From assembly GCA_964291655.2 (NCBI GenBank), contig OZ219802.1, positions 1,472,001 to 1,536,000 on the forward strand: a stretch of 64,000 nucleotides of DNA. Reading direction: 5' to 3'. The notes under the pieces are model-generated. The model ran no database searches and was not told the origin of the DNA. It saw nothing but the letters and a program-made list of their open reading frames with translations. Source of the DNA: Chloroflexota bacterium. GTDB lineage: Bacteria > Chloroflexota > UBA11872 > VXOZ01. Below, piece by piece: positions 1 to 9,901 of the stretch. The translations under genes and the position numbers were made by a program. Every line of letters begins with the position of its first letter. Positions within the stretch are counted from its first letter, which is position 1.

Positions 1-87
1 CGCGTACCCCCGCCTCCAGGCATGGGGCGTGCACAACGATTACGGATCCGCTCTGCGGGGCGGTCTGTGTGTGGCGGCAAGACCATC

Positions 88-1113
88 CTATAGGGCTATG
101 TCCACAGGATCGCCGTTTTGCTGCAGCGATTCATAGATCGCCCACGTAACGGCCAGAGCAATGCGCGCATCCTCGGCGCTGGCCTGCACCGGCTCTTCGC
201 CCCGGATCGCCCGTATCGCGTGCTGCGTTAAGAGCAACTGGCTGTCACCGCCGTAGGGACCGAATTCTTCGCTCGCTCCGCCCTCCCGCAGGATCTTGAA
301 ACCATCTCGGGGACGGCTCGGCGTCAACGCGCCCTGGGGGCCGAGAATATCGTCAATCCGTCCCTGCGGTTGCACGCCCGGCGGCAAGCCCCACGAGATG
401 CTGAACGCGGCCAGGTCGCCGCTGCCGTACTCCAACGCAACCGTGGCCGTATCCGGCGCCTTGTTTGCGAAGTGGGCGATTTCCGGCCGGTCTTTGGCAA
501 GCGTGAAGCCGTGGGCGCTCACCCGCACCGGATTCGTGCCCGTGAGCCAGCGCCAGTAGTCAAAGTAGTGGGTCATGAAGTCGTTGAGCGGGCCGCCGTT
601 GCCGCGGTCCATGTCGTGCATAGCCAGCTTGGGGCGAATGTGAGTGGCCGAGTGCATGCGGAACATGACCGGGCTGCCCAGGGCACGATCTCGCATCGCC
701 TGTTGCACGGCTGCGGGCGCGTCGCCGAAGCGGCTTTGAAAGTTAATGACGAACACGACGCCTGTCGCGTTCAAAGCCGCGATCATCCGGTCGGCCTGGT
801 CCAGCCGCATGGCGATCGGTTTTTCGCTCAGCATGTGCTTGCCGTGCTCGGCGGCGAAGATCGTCACCTCTTCGTGGTAGAAAGCCGGTGTACAAATGGA
901 GACCACATCGATGTCATCGCGCTGTACCGCTTCCCGATAGTCGGTGAAGACGAGTGGCGCTTCAAATGCTGCCGCCAACTCCTGAGCGCGGTCTTCCAGC
1001 ACGTCCACGACTGCCGCCACTTCCGCCTCTCCGGACGCCGCCCAGGCTGTGGCGTGGGCATTCCCCCGCGCGCCGGTGCCGACGATACAGACGCGATATT
1101 TGCCGTTAGCCAT
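88..1113 (-). CDS. Gfo/Idh/MocA family oxidoreductase
   Basis: N-terminal Rossmann motif VCIVGTGARG; ICTPAFYH; HMLSEKPIA motif. Confidence 0.9.
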   Translation of the reverse strand: MANGKYRVCIVGTGARGNAHATAWAASGEAEVAAVVDVLEDRAQELAAAFEAPLVFTDYREAVQRDDIDVVSICTPAFYHEEVTIFAAEHGKHMLSEKPIAMRLDQADRMIAALNATGVVFVINFQSRFGDAPAAVQQAMRDRALGSPVMFRMHSATHIRPKLAMHDMDRGNGGPLNDFMTHYFDYWRWLTGTNPVRVSAHGFTLAKDRPEIAHFANKAPDTATVALEYGSGDLAAFSISWGLPPGVQPQGRIDDILGPQGALTPSRPRDGFKILREGGASEEFGPYGGDSQLLLTQHAIRAIRGEEPVQASAEDARIALAVTWAIYESLQQNGDPVDIAL

Positions 1114-1360
1114 GTGTCGTGCGCTCCTCTCCAGCTAGGCTTTGCGGCAAGCGAAATTCCCGCAAAACGTGGCCCGGACTTGGTTGCCGGTTCGTGCTTG
1201 CAATTGTCGCATTTGCCCTAGCATGGGGCATCGAGCCCCGTGCTGTCAACGCAGGCACGCGGCGGCAGGTGGAAAACACGCCTGTCTCAGAACTCTTTCA
1301 GATTGTCTGCGGATAATGGAATCACACAGCTTCTACTACCCATTACAAAGGAGGTGCAAT

Positions 1361-2482
1361 GTGCGATACCGGAATCTTTTTGGGGTACTCCTGCTCGCTT
1401 TGGTGATTCTTGTGAGTGGGTGTAGCGCGGCAATTGTGCAAGATCCCCCATCCGCGGCAGACAAGCCGGCGGCGAGCCAAGCCGCATCCGCCGGTCCCGG
1501 ACCGGCATTCGCATCAACGGGAGACATACGCACCATCGTGCAGGAAGTCGTGAACCAAGTACGGCCGTCGGTGGTGCAGGTAGCAAACGAGCAAAGGCGG
1601 CAAGGGCCCTCCGGCGACCCGGTGCTGGTTCCAACGGGGTCTGGCTCGGGCTTTATCATCGACGCCGCCGGGCACATCATCACGAACAATCACGTTGTCG
1701 ACGGCGCCGAGCGGCTTACCGTCGCCTTGCCGGACGGACGGTTGTTCGTGGCAGAGACTGTCGGCCGCGACCCTCGTACCGACCTGGCGGTTATCAAGAT
1801 TGAAGGTGAAGACTTGCCGATAGTGGCGCTGGGAACATCGCAGGACCTGGCAATCGGACAGTGGGTAATCGCCATCGGCAATGCCCTTGGGCTACCCGGC
1901 GGCCCGACCGTAACAGTCGGCGTGGTGAGCGCCACCGGCCGCACCGCGCGCCCTGACGAGAACTTTCTCTTCGACCTCATTCAAACCGACGCCGCGATCA
2001 ATCCCGGCAACTCCGGCGGACCCCTGATAGATCTGGCGGGACGCGTCATCGGCATCAACACGCTTGGCGCCGGTCTCATCAGGCCTGGGTTGCAAGCGCA
2101 GGGCATCGGCTTTGCAATCGCCATCGATACCGCCAAACCGCTCACGCAACAGATCATCGAAACCGGCAGAGTTGCGCATCCCTACATCGGTGTTGCGCTG
2201 TTCTACAACAACCCGATCATCGCGGAGCAAGACGGACTGCCCAACATTGCAGGCGCCGTGATCGCGCGGGTGGAGGCAGGCAGCCCCGCCGATGAGGCCG
2301 GTCTGGAACCGAACGACATCATCATCGCGGCGGATGCCGAAAGGCTTGTTGACGAGAGTACGCTCTATCGCATCCTCTCTCGCCGCATGCCGGGCGATGA
2401 ACTTGCGTTGACGGTGCAGCGTGGCGAGGAGCAACGGGAGATTTCATTGGCTCTCGGCGTGTTTCCCAACACGCCGCAATAG
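1361..2482 (+). CDS. HtrA/DegP-like trypsin serine protease with PDZ domain, probable lipoprotein
   Basis: GSGSGFII, ITNNHVV, DLAVIK and TDAAINPGNSGGPL motifs; C-terminal PDZ (GSPADEAGL); GTG start at 1361 after AAGGAGG, then a signal peptide ending LVSGC. Confidence 0.92.
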   Translation: MRYRNLFGVLLLALVILVSGCSAAIVQDPPSAADKPAASQAASAGPGPAFASTGDIRTIVQEVVNQVRPSVVQVANEQRRQGPSGDPVLVPTGSGSGFIIDAAGHIITNNHVVDGAERLTVALPDGRLFVAETVGRDPRTDLAVIKIEGEDLPIVALGTSQDLAIGQWVIAIGNALGLPGGPTVTVGVVSATGRTARPDENFLFDLIQTDAAINPGNSGGPLIDLAGRVIGINTLGAGLIRPGLQAQGIGFAIAIDTAKPLTQQIIETGRVAHPYIGVALFYNNPIIAEQDGLPNIAGAVIARVEAGSPADEAGLEPNDIIIAADAERLVDESTLYRILSRRMPGDELALTVQRGEEQREISLALGVFPNTPQ

Positions 2483-2490
2483 CGAATCCG

Positions 2491-2603
2491 GGCTGGAGAT
2501 TTCAGCCGCCGCGCGCTGGAGACTTCAGCCCTCTCGGGCTGTAGACTTCAGCCTTATCAGGCTGCAGACTTCAGCCCCTTAGGGCTATAGGCGACCGATA
2601 GCC
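2491..2603. repeat. 23-bp period array: 17-bp palindromic unit GGCTGNAGA(C/T)TTCAGCC with 6-nt variable spacers
   Basis: Units at 2491, 2514, 2537, 2560 and a degenerate one at 2583; spacers GCCGCG, CTCTCG, TTATCA, CCTTAG. Confidence 0.9.
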
Positions 2604-2668
2604 GTAAGGTTCGGACGGAGGCTGCCCGTGCCACTGCCCGCGTGTTCAGACCGGCAGGAACGGTTGCG

Positions 2669-3847
2669 CTACCAGCGCGGCCGCATGGGCAGCCAGCTCG
2701 GATCGCGTTCCTGCATAGCGGAAACGTCGTCTCTGGCCGCTGCCTCGTTTTCAAGGTAGCGCTCGTGGGCCTCCTGCAGGCGGTCTTCATCCACTTCCAC
2801 GCCCAGCCCCGGGTCCTCCGGCACGGGAAACGCCCCGTCCACGAATTGCAGCGGCCCGCCGGCCACGATGTCGTCGTCCTCATTCCACGGGTAGTGCGTG
2901 TCCGACGCGTAGATAAGATTCGGCGCCGCGGCCGCCCAGTGGGTCATGGCCGCCAGCGAGATTCCGGTGTGGTTGTTGCTGTGTTGGGAGACACCGAGCC
3001 GGAACGTCTCGCAGATTTTGGCCAGTTGCAGCGATGCCAGCATGCCGCCCCAGTGGTGGTGATCGCCCAGCACCACCTGCACGGCGTCCATCTCTACGGA
3101 CGGGGCGATGTGGGAAAAAGCCGTCACGACCATATTCGTCGACAAAGGAATAGGCGTGGCTTGCGCCACGGCTGCCATGCCCGCCAAGTCCGGCGCCGGG
3201 TCCTCCAAGTATTCCAGGTCCAATTCCTCCACCCAGCCGGCAAAGCGGATGCTCGTTTCCACCGACCAGATGGCGTTGGGGTCGATGCGTAGTTCATGGT
3301 TTGGGAAACGGGTACGGAGTTGGAGCATGGTCTCGGCTTCCACTTCGGGCGGCAGCACACCGCCCTTGAGCTTGAGCGTTTGGAAGCCGTAGCGTTCTAC
3401 AAACGTCTCCGCCTGATCCACGAGCTGCTCCGGACTCATGGCCTCGCCCCACTCGTCGTCGCCCTCGTATTTGTAGAAGAGATACGCCGAATAGGGAACG
3501 GTGTCGCGCACCTTGCCGCCGAGCACGTCGCAGACGGGCCGCCCGGTTTCCTTGCCCAGCAGGTCGAGCATGGCGGTCTCGTACGCGGCAAAGACCGGCG
3601 GATTGTTGATGAGGATGCGCGTCCGGTTGAACTGCGCCGGGTCCTGGTCTTGCACGATGGATGCGGCGCTCTGCAGCTTCCTTACCATCTCATCGCCGCC
3701 ATAGGTCTCGCCCCAGCCCACGCAGCCGTCGTCCGTGGTGAGACGCACGATCACGCGCAGCGCCACGGGCTCGTGCACGCCCCACGAGTTGCGTAACGGG
3801 GGATCGCTAATGGCGATGGGAATTACGTCTACGTCAACGATACGCAT
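2669..3847 (-). CDS. Enolase superfamily (glucarate dehydratase-related) acid-sugar dehydratase
   Basis: KLKGGV, RIDPNAIW, YLEDP, TNMVVT and HSNNH motifs of the GudD-like subgroup. Confidence 0.85.
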   Translation of the reverse strand: MRIVDVDVIPIAISDPPLRNSWGVHEPVALRVIVRLTTDDGCVGWGETYGGDEMVRKLQSAASIVQDQDPAQFNRTRILINNPPVFAAYETAMLDLLGKETGRPVCDVLGGKVRDTVPYSAYLFYKYEGDDEWGEAMSPEQLVDQAETFVERYGFQTLKLKGGVLPPEVEAETMLQLRTRFPNHELRIDPNAIWSVETSIRFAGWVEELDLEYLEDPAPDLAGMAAVAQATPIPLSTNMVVTAFSHIAPSVEMDAVQVVLGDHHHWGGMLASLQLAKICETFRLGVSQHSNNHTGISLAAMTHWAAAAPNLIYASDTHYPWNEDDDIVAGGPLQFVDGAFPVPEDPGLGVEVDEDRLQEAHERYLENEAAARDDVSAMQERDPSWLPMRPRW

Positions 3848-3924
3848 TGGTTATTGCTCCTTTTGCAGACTTCATGCTCTTGCGTCGATGGTTCGAAGCG
3901 TCCACATCGATAGACTGAGGTCCG

Positions 3925-4208
3925 GTAGCGTAGGTTTGCGACCTGCGCGATATTCATGTGAGGTGGGGTAATCCCGCCAATCCATCGAATTGAGCACAGG
4001 TTACAAGCCTATGCTACCGCTTATTCCATCCGTCAACTCAAAGCCGCCTCAGTACGGCAGCTTTCGATAGGATACCGTAGCGCGGGGGCTTGTCCCCCGC
4101 TAGCGTATCACTGCCCGGAGTGAGCGAGAAAAGATGGATTCCCGCATGCGCGGGAATGACGGTCGCCTCCCCACTCCCATCTTCGTAGCGCGGGGGCTTG
4201 TCCCCCGC
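3925..4208. repeat. Cluster of REP-like palindromes (GTAG-type and ATTCC..GGAAT type)
   Basis: Inverted pair GTAGCGTAGGTTTGCGACCTGCGC (3925) and its partner ending 4017; GTAGCGCGGGGGCTTGTCCCCCGC at 4077 and 4185; GGATTCCCGCATGCGCGGGAATGAC at about 4136. Confidence 0.85.
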
Positions 4209-4258
4209 CTCTTCGCTTGCTATGCAAACACCGTATCGAGCAAGGCACTGCGATCGCA

Positions 4259-5125
4259 CTAAAGCACTGACGACAAATCCACCCGCTCGCCGGTCTCGCC
4301 GGACTGCTTCGCCGCCACAAGCATTGCAATAATCTCCAGCATCTCCTCGTGGGGTATAGGGTTCTCCCGGGTCTGTATCATGCGCACCACATTGCGCATC
4401 TGTTCGGCGTAGAAGAAGCTGGCGTCGCGCACGGCGATTTCCGCGCTGCCCTCGGTGCCGTAGACGTTGAGCAGGAACCCGTAACGGGCGGAGCGAATGA
4501 TCTGCATAGTGACGGCACGGCCGTCCGTGTAACGCACGTGGACGAGGTCGAATTCATCCGTGTACTCGTTGCGCACCCACGCGATGCCGGGCCCCATCAC
4601 GGTGTAGAAGAGTTCCGCCGCGTGGATGCCGTAGTAGACGAGCTCGTTCGGGCCGGTGGCCACGGCGACCCGCGCCTCGCCCACCAGCTCTTTTTCGTTC
4701 GCCTTGAAGTCTATGACTTCTCGCGCGTAACGGAGCGCCGACGACGACATGAGCGGCGTATTGTGGGCCTGCGCCAGCCGCACCATCTCCTTGGCGTGAT
4801 CGATGCCAAGCGCAAAGGGCTTATCCACAAACGTCGGCACCCCGGCTTCCAGATACGGCCGCGCCAACTCCAGGTGCGTATCACCCGGGTCTTCCAACAC
4901 AAGCACACCGTCGGCTTTGCCGATCGCCGCGGTTGGCTCGTCGAGCACAGTCTCCAGATCATGTTCGGCCACGAATTCTTCGGCTGCCGCGCGGTCGCGA
5001 TCCCAGAGCATGGAGATACGCGCCACGCCGTTGAGACCTACTCCATTTGGATTCTCCTTGTTGATTAGCTCTGAGAATGAACGGGGATGCTGGGGGCTAA
5101 GTCCGATAATGGCGAGATCGAGCAT
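4259..5125 (-). CDS. Gfo/Idh/MocA family oxidoreductase (short, divergent type)
   Basis: AGVPTFVDKPFA, SSSALRY and YYGIH motifs. Confidence 0.85.
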   Translation of the reverse strand: MLDLAIIGLSPQHPRSFSELINKENPNGVGLNGVARISMLWDRDRAAAEEFVAEHDLETVLDEPTAAIGKADGVLVLEDPGDTHLELARPYLEAGVPTFVDKPFALGIDHAKEMVRLAQAHNTPLMSSSALRYAREVIDFKANEKELVGEARVAVATGPNELVYYGIHAAELFYTVMGPGIAWVRNEYTDEFDLVHVRYTDGRAVTMQIIRSARYGFLLNVYGTEGSAEIAVRDASFFYAEQMRNVVRMIQTRENPIPHEEMLEIIAMLVAAKQSGETGERVDLSSVL

Positions 5126-5442
5126 GGAGTGCTTCCTTTCACACGTTTAGTCTGATTCCGAGATGCTACCTATGGATGGGCCTATGATACTGTACTGTGT
5201 CCGTCTGTGGGGAGCTTTCGATGCGGCGAGCCGCTTAAGTTGCCCGCCTTCGGCAAGCCAACATCTGGCACATCAGGGCTAGGGTCTGCTGCCTTCGCTC
5301 AGTTTCAGAATCAAGGAATCGCCTGGCAAGTCGTATGAACTACAACGAATAGCCAAGTTACACCATCTTGGTGCTCTGCAAAAGCCACATGCGGGAATGG
5401 GTGTCGAGGTGCGTGATCACTCAGCGTTAATTGCTATCTTCT

Positions 5443-6795
5443 CTAGCGTACTGCAATGGATTCCGAGAATGGAGAGCAGCCGGCTTTGTTGCATGCCCTA
5501 ATCTTGTAGGCGGTAGCTCGAAAGGCACCAAAGGCTACATTTGGAGTTGGATCCATGTAACTGACCTGAGGAGCGCTAACTTCCGAGTCGAAGCGAAACG
5601 AGTTGGGATCACTAACAGTGCCTTGATATACCTCGTAGTAGGTTGCCCCTTTCACCGTATCCCAATTCACTCTTGCAAAGTCATGGTGTAGTGGAATGCG
5701 GACCCTCTCCCCTTTGACGCCAGTGGTTCTGAGCGGCGATTCGACCGGCCCATCAGACTCCGTAAGCCCTCCCGATTCATCAGATACAGGTGAGCAACCG
5801 TTGTCGTTGCAGACATGTACCCTATAGAAGTAGATGGTACTTGGGTGCAAGCCTTCGTCTACATACGGGGGACGGTTGAGATTCGACGCTACAGGTTGAT
5901 ATTCACTTTCTCGCGTTCTCCTGCTCAACTGATAGGAGTGATCCTGCAACTGGTAAGAGAATGGCACAAAAGCAGCGTTCCTATAGCCGTCGTTTTCTGA
6001 GCACACTGCGTTGTAGCAGGCCGTGACCCAGTATTGGACATCGTGGGTGTAGCTACCGCCCTGGAGTGCATGCCACTGAACCGTCATCGAATGAGCGCTC
6101 CTGTCGATGACTCTCACACCATCTGGCTGAGGGGGGATCGGACGTGGTTCGTGGGTATAGGCGGTTCCGACCACATTCCCATCCAGCTCCACGATGCAAT
6201 CAATAAGATCAGGGCAACCTGTATAGATCTTGTAATGAGCGGCACCTGGCACAGAATTCCAGATGATCCGTATCGATGACTCAGCTTGGACAGCATGCAC
6301 ATCATCAGGGAAGGGCGGTGGCGGCTGGGCCGGGTTGTCACTTTCGATCTCCGAGCAACCGGAACTGTTGCAAGCAACAACCCAATAGTGTCTGCCGAAT
6401 CCTTGCTGGGTGAGAATGTAGTTAGGTTGCTGAATGCCACTTGCAAGTTCCTGGCAAATGAAGGGCCGGCCATCGAGCAGTCTACAATCTGGGAGCGTTG
6501 GGGAGTGATAGACGGTATAGGATTCCGCACCAGCCGAGGCATCCCATTTGAGCACCTTGTCCGCCCCCACATACCCATAGCGCTGGTTCGCGGGAGTCTT
6601 GGGCGGCCCGCCGAAGGGCCCACAGCAAGTCAAGACCAGAGGGAGCAGAATCGCCAAGAGCAGGATGGCGAGACCCCGCAGTCTTAACGAACAGGCGCCA
6701 ACGTGACAAATGCCTGTTAAGCCAGCCCCGATCGGCGTCTCCTCTGCTCTAGAGACAGAAATCCTTGCTATTGCACCATCCCTACACTTTGCCAT
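5443..6795 (-). CDS. Fibronectin type III repeat protein, probable lipoprotein (start uncertain)
   Basis: Four FN3-like units (W..V.GA..Y..Y, Y.V.ACN..GCS); hydrophobic stretch ending LVLTCC; visibly lower GC than neighbours. Confidence 0.75.
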   Translation of the reverse strand: MAKCRDGAIARISVSRAEETPIGAGLTGICHVGACSLRLRGLAILLLAILLPLVLTCCGPFGGPPKTPANQRYGYVGADKVLKWDASAGAESYTVYHSPTLPDCRLLDGRPFICQELASGIQQPNYILTQQGFGRHYWVVACNSSGCSEIESDNPAQPPPPFPDDVHAVQAESSIRIIWNSVPGAAHYKIYTGCPDLIDCIVELDGNVVGTAYTHEPRPIPPQPDGVRVIDRSAHSMTVQWHALQGGSYTHDVQYWVTACYNAVCSENDGYRNAAFVPFSYQLQDHSYQLSRRTRESEYQPVASNLNRPPYVDEGLHPSTIYFYRVHVCNDNGCSPVSDESGGLTESDGPVESPLRTTGVKGERVRIPLHHDFARVNWDTVKGATYYEVYQGTVSDPNSFRFDSEVSAPQVSYMDPTPNVAFGAFRATAYKIRACNKAGCSPFSESIAVR

Positions 6796-7034
6796 TGTGC
6801 CGGATCCTACTTACGACACATACTTCAAGAGTGATTTAGACAATTGCCAGTCCGTCCCATCATGTACTGGCCAAGCAGAGAGGGCCCATACGAAACGATT
6901 GTACGCGGTCTCTTGCAGGAAGCCAATTGTGCCTACCGCAAGACGGCGATTGCCCGGAACCGGCATCGGCATTGCGGGCGACGTGGCGCGGCGCCCAGCT
7001 GCGTCACCCCCAATTGGTGCCCGCTCTTGCTTCG

Positions 7035-7778
7035 TCAGTCTTGGGAACTCGCCCGCCCATAGACTGACACATGGGCGCCGCTCTGCGCGGTGAACGGCCC
7101 GCGTTGCCAATCGCCCCACCGCTCGCGCAGTCGAAGCCCGGCGAGGCGCGCCATCAGGTCCAGTTCTGACGGCCACACGTAGCGCAATCGTCCGGGATAC
7201 ATGCGGATGCCGTCTTCCGTCAGATGCAGGTGGCGGAAGTCCACTATCTGGTTTACAGCGTCGTGGATCGAAACGTCAAGCCGGACCGAGTCCATTTCAG
7301 GCAGGCTCGCGCGCAGGTGTTGGTTCTCGTCATACCGGGAAATGTCCGGGACAAAGGCGTGGACCAGGAAGACGCCGGACTCATCGAGACGAGACGCCAC
7401 ATTTGCAAAGCACCTGACTTGGTCTTCCTGGGAGGTAAGCATCAGGAAGGTGTTGTTGATGACGAAGACGAGCGAGAAGCTGCCCGCGACCGCAACGTCC
7501 GCGAAGTCGCCGCTGGTCACCGGCAATGTCGCTCCGCCTTCCTTGGCTCGCAGCCTTTCGATCATGGCCCCGGAAGCCTCAATCCCGTGTACCGCTACAC
7601 CGCGCGCCGCCAGGGGCAGCGCGTACGTCCCCGTCCCAATCCCGAGCTCAAGCGCCCGGCCGCCTGCCGCCAGTTCTTCAAGGACGTCGACGCGTGCCGC
7701 TACGTTTCCCGGTCTGTAGAACTCATCGTAGACGCCGGCGATGCGGTCGCCATACGTTGCAGCCGAATACTCTTTCAC
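7035..7778 (-). CDS. Class I SAM-dependent methyltransferase
   Basis: ALELGIGTG motif I; GDFADV; RYVWPSELDLMARLAG; GTG start after GAGGAAAG. Confidence 0.88.
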   Translation of the reverse strand: MKEYSAATYGDRIAGVYDEFYRPGNVAARVDVLEELAAGGRALELGIGTGTYALPLAARGVAVHGIEASGAMIERLRAKEGGATLPVTSGDFADVAVAGSFSLVFVINNTFLMLTSQEDQVRCFANVASRLDESGVFLVHAFVPDISRYDENQHLRASLPEMDSVRLDVSIHDAVNQIVDFRHLHLTEDGIRMYPGRLRYVWPSELDLMARLAGLRLRERWGDWQRGPFTAQSGAHVSVYGRASSQD

Positions 7779-8184
7779 AACACTTTCCTCTCTTCGCGAA
7801 CACACGAGCCAGATGCCCAACAAAACAAAAGACCTCCCATGCATGGGAGGCCGTGATGACTTACTTCTTGAGTGCGCGGTCGCTACGTCCTCCCCAATAC
7901 GCATAGCCACGGCAGCGGTGCCGCCGCGGCGCTGGCGTTAATCGGGAAATTGTAGGCCGCAGATAACATGCCCAATGTTCTCCTATCTACTGCGGGAGTA
8001 TGACACAGTTCTAACTCTTCTGACAACCCTCAATCTCATCTTGTAGAGAGAGGCTCTACGCTTATGGGCTTGTCACATTGCCAAACACCTGCTATACATA
8101 TTACGTATAGACACTCTCTCCCTAACGTACAGGAAAGAGTCGATAGTTTGTGTAGTGCGCGCAGTTGTTTAGAGGAGTCCAACC

Positions 8185-9579
8185 ATGCGTACCTCAAGAC
8201 GGCGAATACTTGGCACCGGAATCGGCTTTGCGGGCAGTGCGGTGTTGCTAGCCGCCTGCGGCACAGCCGCGGCGCCTATGGAAGAAGCGCCCGAGGCAGA
8301 AGCTCCCAAGGCGGAAGAGGAAAAACCCGCGGCGCCTATGGAAGCCAGTGAGGTTGTTTACTGGTCGCTCACGTCGGCGTGGGGTTCCTTCAACGAGGAG
8401 ATTGGCGCGGAGCTCGTGGCGGAATTCAACGAGACGTTCGAGGCTTACAACGTTACCACCATTCCCAAAACCGGCAGGGACAATCGCGACACCCTGCCAG
8501 CGGCGGTGGCCGGCGGTGCGGCGCCCGATATGGCATTTCAGGACCGCTACATTCCCAAGACCATGGCGGTTAACGGCATTGTGCGCGACATCACGGACAT
8601 GGTGAAGGTGTCATCCATCATCAACACGTCCGACATGTGGGAGCGCATTCTCAATGACGTCACCTACCGCGGCCACCACTTCGGCCTGCCGTGGTCGGCG
8701 GACGTGCGCACGTTGTTCTTGAACAACGACGCGCTGCTTGAGGTGGGGCTGGATCCCGAAAACCCGCCCACCTCGTGGGACGATTTCCACGAAGCCATCA
8801 ACCTGACTTTCAAGAAAGACGGCGCCAATATTGAACGTCTCGGCTACGTGCCGTTGTGGGGCAGCGGCGGCGCGCTGGCCGGGTGGATGATCCCCTACTG
8901 GCAGCAGGGCGGCAGCCTAACATCAGCCGACGACAGCACGTCCACCATGGACAACGAGTTGATGGTGAACGCGTTCGAGCATACGCTGCGCATGTACGAG
9001 GCCCAGGACGGCTACGACGCCATCGCGGAGTTCCGCGGCGAAGTTCGCACCCAGCAGATCTTCATCGACAGCAAGCTGGCGATGTACTTCGAGATCTACG
9101 ACATCCCGAATTTCCCCGACTACCGCGAAGGCTTTGCGGCGCTCAACTACGGCCTGGCAGTGGAACCGATCCCGCCCGGCGGCTCGGCCGCCACCTACGG
9201 CGGCGGCGGCTCCAAGGTGCTGCCGAATGCTTCGGCCAACCCTGAAGGCGCGTTCGCGTTCCTCGAGTGGCTCTACGACGCTCCGCAGGAGTTGCGCTTC
9301 AACGACGCCAAGGGCCGCCTGCCGGTGCAGAAGGCCATCGCGAACAGTCCCGAGTGGACCCAGGACGATCCGCTGCGCTTGCAGGCCTCTATCGAGATGG
9401 CCGGCGCGCACTGGGTGGTGACCGCTCCCGGCGGCATCGAGATCCTCGGCCTGCACGTGGCGCTGCCGCGCACCATCTACCAGGGTGAGAAGACCATCCA
9501 GGAAGCCATCGCCGAGACCAACGAGCAAACCCAAATCGTCCTGGACGAGACGCTCGCCAACTCGGTGCTGGACTTCTAG
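8185..9579 (+). CDS. ABC transporter solute-binding lipoprotein (carbohydrate family), Tat-type signal
   Basis: SRRRIL twin-arginine motif, LAAC lipobox, AGGAAPDM, GLPW..D...LF.N, PPTSWDDF; RBS GAGGAG. Confidence 0.9.
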   Translation: MRTSRRRILGTGIGFAGSAVLLAACGTAAAPMEEAPEAEAPKAEEEKPAAPMEASEVVYWSLTSAWGSFNEEIGAELVAEFNETFEAYNVTTIPKTGRDNRDTLPAAVAGGAAPDMAFQDRYIPKTMAVNGIVRDITDMVKVSSIINTSDMWERILNDVTYRGHHFGLPWSADVRTLFLNNDALLEVGLDPENPPTSWDDFHEAINLTFKKDGANIERLGYVPLWGSGGALAGWMIPYWQQGGSLTSADDSTSTMDNELMVNAFEHTLRMYEAQDGYDAIAEFRGEVRTQQIFIDSKLAMYFEIYDIPNFPDYREGFAALNYGLAVEPIPPGGSAATYGGGGSKVLPNASANPEGAFAFLEWLYDAPQELRFNDAKGRLPVQKAIANSPEWTQDDPLRLQASIEMAGAHWVVTAPGGIEILGLHVALPRTIYQGEKTIQEAIAETNEQTQIVLDETLANSVLDF

Positions 9580-9655
9580 GTACAGTTCATCGTCGTTGGG
9601 GATTCGGCTAGAGCGTGGTGAGGGACTTTGTTTCCCAACGAAGCACTGTTGACCG

Positions 9656-9684
9656 AAAGGGCAATCCAACGAGGTTGCCCTTTC
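9656..9684 (+). terminator. Probable intrinsic terminator after solute-binding protein gene
   Basis: AAAGGGCAATC...GGTTGCCCTTT hairpin. Confidence 0.5.
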
Positions 9685-9901
9685 CTGCGTCCTTTGGGCG
9701 CAGGTTGCAAACCTGCGCTACCGGAAGAGGAGGGTCCAACCTTAGTCAAGCCAGCGGCGCCGTCCAAACAGCGTGAGGGCCGCCGTGCGCGCAGGCAAAC
9801 GAGCCTTCTCCCGCATTGCTCACCTTGACAGCCAGCCGTGAATACGCTGTACTGTAGCCAAGTTTCGTCTTGCGTATGTTGAAACTTTGGGAGGATTTGC
9901 G

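Noticed and set aside
2491-2603. CRISPR array
   Set aside because: 6-nt spacers are far too short, and there is no leader or cas gene.
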